Assembly (NCBI GenBank): GCA_015478735.1
Contig: JADMKQ010000238.1
Span: forward strand, 1-52,942
From: Sphingorhabdus sp.
GTDB lineage: Bacteria > Pseudomonadota > Alphaproteobacteria > Sphingomonadales > Sphingomonadaceae
Direction of reading: 5' to 3'
DNA length: 52,942 bases
The notes beneath the pieces are model-generated. The model made no database searches and had not been told where the DNA came from. It saw only the letters and a list, made by a program, of their open reading frames with translations. Positions within the stretch are counted from its first letter, which is position 1, and each line of letters opens with the position of its first letter. This document shows positions 1 through 9,603 of the stretch, in pieces. The position numbers were made by a program, and so were the translations under genes.

Positions 1-1
1 G

Positions 2-1336
2 GTCAGTCCGCCGGATAAAGAGGCGCTTGCCCATATTCCCGGTGAAGAAGGGCTGCCCTTTGTCGGCACCACCCTGAAAGTCATATCGGACCCGATAGGT
101 TTCGGGCGGCAGATGTTTGAAAAATACGGAACGGTCTATCGCACGCACAGCTTTGGCAAGGATAATGTCATGCTGCTCGGCGCAGATGCGACCGAACTGG
201 TGATGTTCAACAAGGAAAAGATTTTCTCCAGCGAGCAGGGCTGGGGACCGGTCCTGAACAATCTGTTCCCGCGCGGGCTGATGCTGATGGATTTTGACCG
301 CCACCGCGCTGATCGCAAGGCGCTGTCGGTTGCGTTCAAGCCGGGACCGATGAAGCATCATTGCAAGGTGCTGAACGAAGGCATTTCAGAGCGCATGGCC
401 GAATGGAACGGGACCAGCTTCCAATTTTATCCTGCGATCAAATCCCTGTCGCTCGATACCGCAGCCAGCGCCATTTTGGGTATCCCCTGGGGCCCGGAAG
501 CGGACAAGATCAACAAGGCATTTGTTGACGAAGTGCAGGCGTCCGTCGGCATTGTGCGCTCACCCATTCCGTTCACCAAGATGTGGCGCGGAGTGAAGGC
601 GCGGGAATATCTGCTCAGCTATTTCACACCGCAAGTAAAGGCCCGGCGTGAGAAAGGCGGCGATGACATTTTTACGCAGATTTGTCTCGCGACGCATGAG
701 GATGGCTCGCTGCTGACCGAGGGTGAAGTAGTCGATCACATGAACTTCCTGATGATGGCGGCGCATGACACGATCACATCATCCGCGACCAGCCTCATTT
801 ACCTGCTCGCGAAACATCCGGAATGGCAGGACAAGCTGCGCGAGGAATGTCTGTCGGTCGCGCCCGCCGGTGAGCCGCTGGCCTATGAAGATCTGGGTAA
901 GCTCGAACTCACGGAAATGGCGTTCAAGGAAGCATTACGCCTGATCCCGCCGGTGCCCAGCATCCCGCGCCGGGCGATCAAGGAGTTTACCTTCCGCAAC
1001 TACACCATTCCTGCTGGCACAAACGTGGGGATCAGTCCGCAATTTGTACACAAAATGGAAAAACACTGGCCAGAGCCGGAGAAGTTTGACCCGTTGCGCT
1101 TCACCCCTGAAAACAGCGCAGGCCGCCACAAATATGCGTGGGTCCCCTTTGGCGGCGGCGCACACATGTGCCTGGGGCTGCATTTCGCCTATATGCAGGT
1201 CAAGATCCTGATCCACTCGATGCTGACTCAAAACCGCATCGTGCTGACCGGCGGACCGGATTACGAGCCAAAATGGCAAGTCTTCCCGATCCCGCAGCCC
1301 AAAGACGGACTGCCGGTGCGGCTGGAGAAGCTTTGA
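2..1336 (+). CDS. Cytochrome P450 (5'-truncated by window edge)
   Basis: Frame is open from position 2 (VSPPDKEALAHIPGEEGLPFVG...). I-helix AAHDT, ExxR (EALR) and heme-ligand motif FGGGAHMCLG are present. Confidence 0.95.
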   Translation, partial: VSPPDKEALAHIPGEEGLPFVGTTLKVISDPIGFGRQMFEKYGTVYRTHSFGKDNVMLLGADATELVMFNKEKIFSSEQGWGPVLNNLFPRGLMLMDFDRHRADRKALSVAFKPGPMKHHCKVLNEGISERMAEWNGTSFQFYPAIKSLSLDTAASAILGIPWGPEADKINKAFVDEVQASVGIVRSPIPFTKMWRGVKAREYLLSYFTPQVKARREKGGDDIFTQICLATHEDGSLLTEGEVVDHMNFLMMAAHDTITSSATSLIYLLAKHPEWQDKLREECLSVAPAGEPLAYEDLGKLELTEMAFKEALRLIPPVPSIPRRAIKEFTFRNYTIPAGTNVGISPQFVHKMEKHWPEPEKFDPLRFTPENSAGRHKYAWVPFGGGAHMCLGLHFAYMQVKILIHSMLTQNRIVLTGGPDYEPKWQVFPIPQPKDGLPVRLEKL

Positions 1337-1345
1337 AATTCATTT

Positions 1346-1378
1346 ATCAGGGCGCAGGAGTGACTGCGCCCTGATTTC
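1346..1378 (+). terminator. Probable intrinsic terminator after the P450
   Basis: Perfect 12-bp stem ATCAGGGCGCAG/CTGCGCCCTGAT with a 6-nt loop and a short T run. Confidence 0.7.
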
Positions 1379-1447
1379 AATTCTGTAATTCCTGCCAAAC
1401 TGCGATCTCCATTGTCACCCGCAACATATTCACATAGGCTCAATTCT

Positions 1448-3142
1448 ATGAACGACATGCCTGAATTAACTTCTCCTGCAGAGCCCGCTCCGATCTGGAA
1501 GTCGCGCTATAATCATCCTACGGACTGGGACCAGTTTTTCTCGCCGCTTACGATGCCCGGCATGTTTTTCCGTTCGGCGGGGCGCCGGGGGGATATGAAC
1601 CTGCTCGATTTCATGGGGCGGAAATATAGCTATGCAGAGGTGGCTTCCGGGGTGATCCGGGTGGCGAAGGGGTTGCAGGATCTGGGCGTCAAGAAAGGCG
1701 ACCGGATCGGGCTGTTCCTGCCCAACGTGCCGCATTATGTCACGGCCTATTACGGCGCGATGGCGATTGGCGCTACGGTCGTTAATTTCTCGCCGCTCTA
1801 TACGGTGGATGAACTGTCCCATCAGGTTGAGGATAGCGGCACAAAAATCCTGTTCACCCTCTCGGCCAGCGCGGTCTTTCCTGTTGCTTATGAAGTGCTT
1901 AAACAGTCCAGTCTGGAACGGCTGGTCGTGGGCAGCGTTGCGGGCGCTTTGCCGGCGGGCAAGGCGTTGTTTTACCGCCTGTTCCGTAACAAGGAAAACA
2001 CGCCGCAGCCGGAGGATGACCGGATCACACCCTTTGCCGACCTCACCAATAATGACGGCAATTATTTCGCGCCCAATATTCATCCGGAAAAGGATATTGC
2101 GCTGCTCCAATATACCGGCGGCACCACCGGTACGCCCAAGGGTGCGATGCTCACCCACCAGAACCTGACCGCCAATGCGCGGCAGATTAACAGCATCGAC
2201 CCGTTTATAGACGAGGAAGACCGCTTGATGGGTGTGCTGCCGTTCTTCCATGTCTTTGCCAATAGCGCGGTGCTAAACCGCACGGTGGAGCGTGGCGGAG
2301 AGATTGTGATGCTGCCGCGCTTTGACGCGAAACAGACGTTGAAGGCGATTACCCGCAACCGGATTACCGCGATGCCCGGCGTGCCGACCATGTATCAGGC
2401 GCTGCTCGACCATCCCGATATCGACAAGACCAATTTCTCGTCGCTTAAAATATGCGTGTCCGGCGGTGCTCCGTTGCCGCAGGAGCTGAAAAAGAAGTTC
2501 GAGGCAAAGACGGGAGCGAAGCTGGTCGAGGGCTATGGCCTGACCGAAAGCTCCGGTGTGGTGAGCGCCAATCCTTATGCCGGGCTGAATAAATCCGGCA
2601 CGATCGGGCAGCCTGTTCCGGGCACGGTGGTCAAGCTGGTGGATAAGGAAGACCCAAGCAAAGCGGTTCCGGAAGGCGAACCGGGAGAGCTGGTCTTTTC
2701 TGGTCCGCAGGTCATGAAAGGCTATTGGAACCTGCCGCAAGCGGACGAGGAAGTGTTTATTGACGGTTTCCTGCGCACCGGCGATGTCGCAGTGATTGAC
2801 GAGGATGGCTATATCAAGATTGTCGACCGGCTTAAGGACATGATCGCCGTGGGCGGCTTCAAGGTCTTCCCCAGCCAGGTCGAGGAGGTTCTTTACAAGC
2901 ATGAAGCGGTCAAGGAGGCGCTGGTTATCGGCGTGCCGGATGATTATCGCGGCGAGAGTCCCAAGGCTTTCGTAGCGCTGGAAGAGGGTATGGTGGTCGA
3001 TAGTGCGGCGCTCAAAGACTGGCTGAATGTGCAGCTTGGCAAGCATGAGCGGGTCGTGGATGTGGTCGTGCGTGACAGCCTGCCCAAGACGATGATCGGG
3101 AAACTGGATCGCAAGGCATTGAGGGCGGAAGAGCTGGGTTAA
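1448..3142 (+). CDS. Long-chain fatty acid-CoA ligase (FadD-like, AMP-binding)
   Basis: YTGGTTGTPKG P-loop, EGYGLTE, RTGD and C-terminal GKLDRKAL. Start moved to ATG 1448. Confidence 0.92.
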   Translation: MNDMPELTSPAEPAPIWKSRYNHPTDWDQFFSPLTMPGMFFRSAGRRGDMNLLDFMGRKYSYAEVASGVIRVAKGLQDLGVKKGDRIGLFLPNVPHYVTAYYGAMAIGATVVNFSPLYTVDELSHQVEDSGTKILFTLSASAVFPVAYEVLKQSSLERLVVGSVAGALPAGKALFYRLFRNKENTPQPEDDRITPFADLTNNDGNYFAPNIHPEKDIALLQYTGGTTGTPKGAMLTHQNLTANARQINSIDPFIDEEDRLMGVLPFFHVFANSAVLNRTVERGGEIVMLPRFDAKQTLKAITRNRITAMPGVPTMYQALLDHPDIDKTNFSSLKICVSGGAPLPQELKKKFEAKTGAKLVEGYGLTESSGVVSANPYAGLNKSGTIGQPVPGTVVKLVDKEDPSKAVPEGEPGELVFSGPQVMKGYWNLPQADEEVFIDGFLRTGDVAVIDEDGYIKIVDRLKDMIAVGGFKVFPSQVEEVLYKHEAVKEALVIGVPDDYRGESPKAFVALEEGMVVDSAALKDWLNVQLGKHERVVDVVVRDSLPKTMIGKLDRKALRAEELG

Positions 3143-3162
3143 GGGCTGGTTTTTGAGAGAAA

Positions 3163-3252
3163 TCCGTTAGCCCTGAGCGTGTCGAAGGGCGCTTCTAAAC
3201 AGGGCGCTGCGCCAAACTCTAAACGTGCTTCGACAGGCTCAGCACTAACGGA
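3163..3252. repeat. REP/REPIN-like inverted repeat between convergent genes
   Basis: Arms TCCGTTAGCCCTGAGCGTGTCGAAG (3163-3187) and CTTCGACAGGCTCAGCACTAACGGA (3228-3252) are 22/25 complementary, with a 40-nt spacer. Confidence 0.8.
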
Positions 3253-3266
3253 AAAGTTGGAAAAGA

Positions 3267-4553
3267 TCAGCTCTCCGCGACCCATTCCCTTTGCAAATAT
3301 CGCGCGGCCAGAGCCATGAAACCGGCGGCGAACAGGTAAAATATCAGCGATACCAGCATGGAATAGCGCAAACCTTCTTCGCCATAAACCGGCGTCAGGG
3401 CATCGGACAGCGCTCCCAGAAAGAATATCCCGCCGCCAATACCGACCAGATTGTTTATCAGCAGGAACAGGGCCGATGCGGTCGCCCGTGTCTCCGCAGT
3501 CACCAGATGCTGCACCGCCGATAGAACGGGACCAAGCCAGATATAGGCCAGGCCCTGCGGGATCAGAAATAATATGAAGGCCAGCGTGGCCGAACCGCTC
3601 ATAATACCAGCGGCAAATAGCGGGACAGCGAGCAGAAAGGCGATGGCCGGGACCAGCCCGTAAGCGGCCTTGTTCTTGCCGCCCAGCCAGTCGCCGAGCA
3701 TACCGCCGCCCATCACGCCCGCGACCCCGCCGATTAGCAATATCGAGCCGAAGAACAGCGATGTCTCGATTAACGTCAAGCCAAAGCTGCGCTGCAACAG
3801 GCTGGGCAGCCAGAAGGCAATGCCATAGCCGAGCATCGAACTGGACGCCGCGCCCAGAGCGAGGAACCAGAAGGCGCGCTTTGCCGATAAGATTTTCAGC
3901 ACTTCCATGAATGTGGGCTGGGGCGGTGCGGCCTCGTCGATCACAGGTGGCTTCACGGGATCACGCACGAAATATTTGAAGACCGGAACAAGCAAGACGC
4001 CCGCAAGTCCCACAGTCAGGAACGCGAGCCGCCAATCGACGCTGGCCGCGATATAGCCGCCCGCCACCACGCCGGTCGCAGAGCCCAGCGGGATGCCGAG
4101 CGAATAGATGGACAGCGCCCGTGCCCGCTTCTCGCTAGGGAAATAGTCGGAGATCAGCGCATAAGAAGGCGCAACGCCGCCCGCTTCACCGACCCCGACA
4201 CCCAGCCGCGCGAGAAAGATCGTCCAGAAACCCTGGGCAAAGCCGCAAAGCGCGGTAAACCCGCTCCAAACACCCAGTGAAATGGTGATGACCCAGCTTC
4301 GGCTGGTCCGGTCGGCAATCCAGCCCAGCGGTACGGCGAGCGTGGAATAGAGCAGGGCAAAGGCTATACCGCCAAGAAGCCCCATCTGGGTATCGCTCAG
4401 TCCCAGGTCAGCCTGTATCGGCCCGGCGAGGATTGCCAATATCTGGCGGTCAACAAAGTTAAAGATGTAAACCAGCAGCAACATGCCAAGCGCGACATTG
4501 GGGGAGGTCACGCGGGGAGCAGACAGGCGTATGGAGCTTGCTTTATCCGCCAT
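3267..4553 (-). CDS. MFS transporter, spinster-like
   Basis: About 12 hydrophobic segments, NFVDRQIL N-terminal motif, MFS motif A (GWIADRTSR) and ARLGVGVGEAG. Confidence 0.92.
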   Translation of the reverse strand: MADKASSIRLSAPRVTSPNVALGMLLLVYIFNFVDRQILAILAGPIQADLGLSDTQMGLLGGIAFALLYSTLAVPLGWIADRTSRSWVITISLGVWSGFTALCGFAQGFWTIFLARLGVGVGEAGGVAPSYALISDYFPSEKRARALSIYSLGIPLGSATGVVAGGYIAASVDWRLAFLTVGLAGVLLVPVFKYFVRDPVKPPVIDEAAPPQPTFMEVLKILSAKRAFWFLALGAASSSMLGYGIAFWLPSLLQRSFGLTLIETSLFFGSILLIGGVAGVMGGGMLGDWLGGKNKAAYGLVPAIAFLLAVPLFAAGIMSGSATLAFILFLIPQGLAYIWLGPVLSAVQHLVTAETRATASALFLLINNLVGIGGGIFFLGALSDALTPVYGEEGLRYSMLVSLIFYLFAAGFMALAARYLQREWVAES

Positions 4554-5427
4554 CTATCTGGTGCTTTCTGGTGCTTTTCTTCAGGAAGGCATCTATCGCG
4601 GATAAAGCCTCTGGCTCGTCCAGCATCGGTGCGTGTCCCCGGTTCGCAATCTCCACCGCGCTAATCGGTCCCGAATGGCGGCGCTGCATTTCCGCGATCG
4701 TATCGGCGGATATAATATCCGACAATGCGCCATAGATAATCAGCGCGGGAAGGGCGGAAAAGCTTTCCCATAAAGGCCATAGATCCGGAGGAACAACCGT
4801 TTGGTCGCTGCCTGACAGGCCTTGCGAAATGGCGGGATCATAGTCCAGCTTCACACGGCCATCTGGCAGTTCGCGGCAAGTGCGGCGGGCAAAGCCCATC
4901 CAATCCTGCGCGCTATATCCTGCCATCGCATCCGCATGGACCTTGCGAGCATTGTCGGCCGCATCCTGCCAGTCATCAAACGGCTCGTGCGACCCGGCAT
5001 AACTTTGTATCCGGTCCAGCCCGGCCTGCTCGACCACAGGACCGATGTCGTTGAGGATGATGCCGCTAAAGCCCTCCGGCGCGCTTGCGGCCATCATTAT
5101 GGACATCAGCCCGCCCATGGACGTTCCGATCAGCCCTGGACGTTCGAGCTTCAGATCAGCGATCAGCGCCGCCATGTCGGCCACATAGACAGACGGATTA
5201 TAATTGTCAGGCTCCGGATCATATCCGGATCGTCCGCGCCCCCGCTGGTCCGGTATGATAAGCCGGTATTTCCCAGCCAGATGTGCGGCCAGACCTTCAA
5301 AATCGGCGCTGTTACGGGTCAGGCCGTGCATCAGTAAAAGCGGCGGACCCTCCGCATCATAGATGCGGGCATATAAGTCCAGCCGGTCGTCTGCACTGCG
5401 AAAGAAATGATCGGCATATTTCATCAC
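4543..5427 (-). CDS. Alpha/beta-fold hydrolase (3-hydroxybutyrate-oligomer hydrolase-like subfamily)
   Basis: HGLTRN oxyanion loop, DQRGRGRS, GTSMGG nucleophile elbow, LNDIGP and GHAP catalytic His. Overlaps the MFS start. Confidence 0.88.
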   Translation of the reverse strand: MMKYADHFFRSADDRLDLYARIYDAEGPPLLLMHGLTRNSADFEGLAAHLAGKYRLIIPDQRGRGRSGYDPEPDNYNPSVYVADMAALIADLKLERPGLIGTSMGGLMSIMMAASAPEGFSGIILNDIGPVVEQAGLDRIQSYAGSHEPFDDWQDAADNARKVHADAMAGYSAQDWMGFARRTCRELPDGRVKLDYDPAISQGLSGSDQTVVPPDLWPLWESFSALPALIIYGALSDIISADTIAEMQRRHSGPISAVEIANRGHAPMLDEPEALSAIDAFLKKSTRKHQIDGG

Positions 5428-5444
5428 GTTTGCCTATATCCCGA

Positions 5445-7811
5445 TCAGAATTTCACCCCGGCGGTGATAAAGACCTGGCGCGGATTTCCGTAATATGCGG
5501 TTAGCGTGCCTTCGGTGCCAAGCACACTAATCGGCTGACCGTTAGCTCCGGGTATGATCGCGCCGGTCGTTGGATCGGCAGCCACAAATGTATAGCCCGA
5601 TGTCTTGTAACGCTTATTGGTCAGGTTTTTGCCGTGCAAACCAATGCTCCAGCGGTTGTCAGGCGCATTGTAAACAAGGTTGGCATCCCAAAGGGCAAAA
5701 CCCTTTTGATCGATGTACGGGTTGGCAATCTCGAACTGGTTGGTTTTGCTACGATAGGAAAGTGTCGTCCCGAAATAAATATCCCCTTCCCCTACTGGTG
5801 TAGAATAGGAAAATGTCCCGCTGGCCGTCCATTTCGGTGTATTCTGCACCGAACGGAATTCCGCGACATCGGTCGGTACCGGAAGGTTAGAGACGGGATC
5901 GATGATGTTGGTGATATATTCGTCATATTGGGCATCAATATAACCAAGCGCGCCGGACAGCATCACACGGTCACCACTGGCAACCATGTCCTGAGCAAGC
6001 CGCGCACTCGCCTCAAGCTCAACGCCCTTTAGAGTGGCCTTGCCAGCGTTGTTGATAACACCGCAGAACGAAGGCAGGCCTTGGGCAGTACATGCTACCG
6101 ACCCTGGGATCTGAACATTTGTATAGTCGGTATAGAAGCCCGCGAGCGCGACATTGAGAGCGCCATTCAGAAGGCTGCCCTTATAGCCAATTTCATAGCT
6201 GTCTACTTCTTCGGGCTGAAAGCTGAGGAAGGAGGCAATTTCGGCATCGCTCGGGATACCATTGGTGTTGGTAGTCGGCGCATTGGAACCAACACCGCGC
6301 GGGTCAAAACCGCCACCTTTGAAGCCCTGCGAAAAGCTTGCATAGACATTATGATCGGGCGTTGGCTGGTAGCTCACCGAGGCGCGCGGTGTAAATTTCT
6401 TGAAATTGGCACTGCCCTCGAAATCAGTTGCGGGTGCGCCAAACGGAATGCCCGCTCCGCCAAAGGTCGGTGATCCGCCACCGAGGTAATTTTGCCGCAA
6501 GATGCCGGCGGTGCGCTCGTCCCATGTATAGCGCCCACCAACCGAAAGGCTCAACTGCTCGGTGAAATCATAGGTGAAATCAGCGAAAACTGCATAGGTT
6601 TCAGTATCAACATTAGCTTCGGTATAGGCAGTGAGACCGTCGAATGTGGTAAATATGCGAACATCAAACAGCGTATCAGCCTTGGCATCAAGATAATAGA
6701 AGCCAAGCAGACCTTTTAGCTTGTCGCCTTCATACAGCAGCTGGAATTCCTGGCTAATCTGTTCGTTCAGATATAATCCGGGAACGTCGAGATCAACCTC
6801 TGGCAGCGCATCGAAATCAATCGGTGTAGCCGTGTCATCTTTGCGCCAGGCGCTGATTGACCGGAATGTAACGGTATCGGTAAGATTTGCTGTGATATTC
6901 ATCGACAGGCCATAAGCCTCGATATCCTGTATCGGATCGTTGAGGCCGCCACGTGTATCAAAGACATCGTCCAGAACCGGTGCGCCGGAAACCGCACCCG
7001 GAATGAGGCGATGGCCACCGCGCGGATTGCTCTTGTCTTTGGTATAGTCGCCGGAAATCCGGATCAGGACCGGCTCACCATAGCCGCCGACTTCAACTGT
7101 ACCGCGGCCAGCCCATATATCCTTGTTATAATTCTCAAGACCGGTGGTTAAATTGTCGCCGAAGCCACCCCGTGACAGCCGCGCACCGGCTGCGCCGACA
7201 CGGATGATGTCGGAAACCGGCATGCTGGCGGTGACCACTAATTCAGCTTGGTCATAACTACCATAGGTCGCGCGCGCCTTGAACGAAGGATCCTGCGGCA
7301 GCCGCTTGGTTACATATTTGACGGCACCGCCAATTGTGTTGCGACCATAGAGCGTGCCTTGCGGCCCGCGTAATACTTCGATGCGTTCGACATCATAAAT
7401 GTCCAGCACAGCGGCCTGTGGACGGTTGAGATAGACATCGTCGAGATAGATGCCAACGCCTTGCTCAAAACCCGAAACCGGATCCTGCTGACCAATGCCG
7501 CGAATGAAGGCCGAGAGAGTTGAGTTTGTGCCGCGAGAAGCTTCCAAGGTCGTGTTAGGCGTGGTCAGACCAATATCGGTAATATCGACCGCGCCCTGCC
7601 GCTCCAGTTTTTCCGCCGAATAAGCAGTAATCGCAATAGGAACATCAATCAGTCGCTCTTCGCGGCGGCGGGCGGTGACGACGATTGTGCCATCGTCCGA
7701 ACTTTCGCTTGCCGTTTCATTGCCCTGTGCATGAACCACGGTCGGCATGATGAGGCCTGTCGCAAAGCAGCTCACCAAAGCCGCGTAACTCACATTGTTC
7801 CGGTATTTCAT
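5445..7811 (-). CDS. TonB-dependent receptor
   Basis: Signal peptide ending VHA-Q, TonB box (TIVVTARR), plug motif RIEVLRGPQGTLYGRNTIGG and C-terminal Phe. ATG 7811 has a GGAGGAGAGG RBS. Confidence 0.95.
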   Translation of the reverse strand: MKYRNNVSYAALVSCFATGLIMPTVVHAQGNETASESSDDGTIVVTARRREERLIDVPIAITAYSAEKLERQGAVDITDIGLTTPNTTLEASRGTNSTLSAFIRGIGQQDPVSGFEQGVGIYLDDVYLNRPQAAVLDIYDVERIEVLRGPQGTLYGRNTIGGAVKYVTKRLPQDPSFKARATYGSYDQAELVVTASMPVSDIIRVGAAGARLSRGGFGDNLTTGLENYNKDIWAGRGTVEVGGYGEPVLIRISGDYTKDKSNPRGGHRLIPGAVSGAPVLDDVFDTRGGLNDPIQDIEAYGLSMNITANLTDTVTFRSISAWRKDDTATPIDFDALPEVDLDVPGLYLNEQISQEFQLLYEGDKLKGLLGFYYLDAKADTLFDVRIFTTFDGLTAYTEANVDTETYAVFADFTYDFTEQLSLSVGGRYTWDERTAGILRQNYLGGGSPTFGGAGIPFGAPATDFEGSANFKKFTPRASVSYQPTPDHNVYASFSQGFKGGGFDPRGVGSNAPTTNTNGIPSDAEIASFLSFQPEEVDSYEIGYKGSLLNGALNVALAGFYTDYTNVQIPGSVACTAQGLPSFCGVINNAGKATLKGVELEASARLAQDMVASGDRVMLSGALGYIDAQYDEYITNIIDPVSNLPVPTDVAEFRSVQNTPKWTASGTFSYSTPVGEGDIYFGTTLSYRSKTNQFEIANPYIDQKGFALWDANLVYNAPDNRWSIGLHGKNLTNKRYKTSGYTFVAADPTTGAIIPGANGQPISVLGTEGTLTAYYGNPRQVFITAGVKF

Positions 7812-7873
7812 AACAACCTCTCCTCCTGTTTTTATTGGCTGGTAATGCCGAGCCTTATTCTTACCCTTATTGA

Positions 7874-7895
7874 AAGTTGAACCATATTTCAACTT
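7874..7895. promoter_or_regulatory. Putative TetR operator
   Basis: Perfect inverted repeat AAGTTGAA-N6-TTCAACTT in the 125-bp divergent gap between the TonB receptor and the TetR gene. Confidence 0.75.
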
Positions 7896-7936
7896 AGAAT
7901 TTGCCAAATTCAGGAAATGGCGGTAGCCGTGACTTT

Positions 7937-8560
7937 ATGGCCACAGAATATACCGATCATATTGATTCTAAAGACAAGCAACCCCGCACCGCGCGGGGGC
8001 TTAAGACCAAACGCAAGTTGCTGGATGCAGCGGCACTGGAGTTTGGCGAGAAGGGCTTTCATGAAGCCTCTATCACCGGGATTACCCAAAGAGCAGGAAC
8101 GGCTTTGGGCAGTTTCTACACCTATTTCGATTCGAAAGATGAATTGTTCAGCGCGCTGGTCAAGGACATGAGCCTGAGGGTCAAAGATCACGCTGCCAGT
8201 GCGATGACCGAGTGGAAGGATGCGCTGGAACGGGAAAAGCTGGCCCTTGAGTCGTTCATGAACTTTGCCCGGGAGAACAAGGAAATCTACCGCATCATCG
8301 ACGAAGCCGAATTTGTCGATCCGCAAAGCTATCACGACCATTATGAAGGCACGGCAGCCCGTATCTTTGAACGGTTGCAGGAAGGCAGCGAGGCAGGCGA
8401 CCTGCGGGATGGCCTGGATGAAGCGCACGCATGGGCGATCATGGGGATGAACGTGTTTCTGGGCCTGCGCTACGGAATCTGGAGCGAGGAAAAGTCCGCT
8501 TCGCAAGTGGCGGAAATTGCCAATGATATTCTGACCAACGGGATCGGTGCGCGGGAATGA
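7937..8560 (+). CDS. TetR/AcrR family transcriptional regulator
   Basis: N-terminal HTH LLDAAALEFGEKGFHEASITGITQRAGTALGSFYTYFDSKDELF. Start moved to ATG 7937. Confidence 0.95.
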   Translation: MATEYTDHIDSKDKQPRTARGLKTKRKLLDAAALEFGEKGFHEASITGITQRAGTALGSFYTYFDSKDELFSALVKDMSLRVKDHAASAMTEWKDALEREKLALESFMNFARENKEIYRIIDEAEFVDPQSYHDHYEGTAARIFERLQEGSEAGDLRDGLDEAHAWAIMGMNVFLGLRYGIWSEEKSASQVAEIANDILTNGIGARE

Positions 8561-8649
8561 CGGTGGAAGAGCAATAGAGGTTCCAGCAAGACTCTATGCG
8601 AAAACCGGAACATCCGCTACAATAAGCAAAAATTGTGGAGGAACCCCTG

Positions 8650-9603
8650 ATGCACACCCTATTGACCCGTACATTATCGCTGGCACTGCTGGCCGCTTCG
8701 CCTCTCGCTATGCCTGCTCATGCACAGGAAACGGACCGCTTCGCTACTGTCGAGATCAAGGCCGAGAAACTGGCCGAAGGTATCGCTGTTCTGGTGGGGC
8801 AGGGCGGTAATATCGGAGTGTCTTATGGTCCCGACGGCACGGTGCTGATTGATGACCAGTTTGCTCCGCTGACTCCAAAGATCGAGGCGGCTGTGGCGGC
8901 GCTGGGCGCGGAGCCGGTGAGATATCTTATCAACACGCACTGGCATGGCGACCATAGCGGCGGGAATGAAAATTTTGGCAAGGCGGGCGCGATGATCCTG
9001 GCGCATGATCATGTTCGTGAGAGGCTTTCGGGTCAGCAGGAGAGCGGCAAAGGCAACAATCCTTCTGCCCCCAAGGAAGCGCTGCCGGTTCTGACCTATC
9101 ATGACGGCATAAAGCTGCACCTGAACGGCGATGAAGTGCAGGCCAAGCACATGCCGCACGCGCATACCGACGGCGACAGCGTGATCTTCTGGAAAAAGGC
9201 CAATGTGATCCACATGGGCGATATATTTTTCAACAAGGTCACTCTGCCTTTTGTCGATCTTGAAAGCGGCGGCAATGTCATGGGCATTTTGGCGGCGGTG
9301 GAAAAGATAATCCCGATGGTCGATGAGCAGACCCGGATCATACCGGGCCATGGTCCGGTGGCGTCGAAGGCCGACCTGATAGCCTATCGCGATATGCTGA
9401 AAACCGTCATCGATGCAGTGAAGCAGGGGCGCACAGACGGGAAATCACTGGCGCAGATTCAGGCGATGAAACCGGCGGCGAAATGGGATGTAAACAAAGA
9501 CGCGTTCATTAGCGGCGATGCCTTTGTGGAAGCCGTTTACAAAAGCCTTGAAACGCCAGCGCATAGCCATGATGCGAAAAGCCATGATGAGCGCGCGCAT
9601 TAA
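8650..9603 (+). CDS. Exported MBL-fold metallo-hydrolase
   Basis: Signal peptide (AHA-Q), THWHGDH, AHTDGD, MGD and PGHG motifs, and a His-rich tail. Confidence 0.9.
   Translation: MHTLLTRTLSLALLAASPLAMPAHAQETDRFATVEIKAEKLAEGIAVLVGQGGNIGVSYGPDGTVLIDDQFAPLTPKIEAAVAALGAEPVRYLINTHWHGDHSGGNENFGKAGAMILAHDHVRERLSGQQESGKGNNPSAPKEALPVLTYHDGIKLHLNGDEVQAKHMPHAHTDGDSVIFWKKANVIHMGDIFFNKVTLPFVDLESGGNVMGILAAVEKIIPMVDEQTRIIPGHGPVASKADLIAYRDMLKTVIDAVKQGRTDGKSLAQIQAMKPAAKWDVNKDAFISGDAFVEAVYKSLETPAHSHDAKSHDERAH

Noticed and set aside
8650-9603. MBL-fold protein, and the serine hydrolase at 36282, as antibiotic-resistance beta-lactamases
   Set aside because: Only fold-level motifs are present. Both resemble widespread non-resistance hydrolase subfamilies, and the serine hydrolase lacks a signal peptide.
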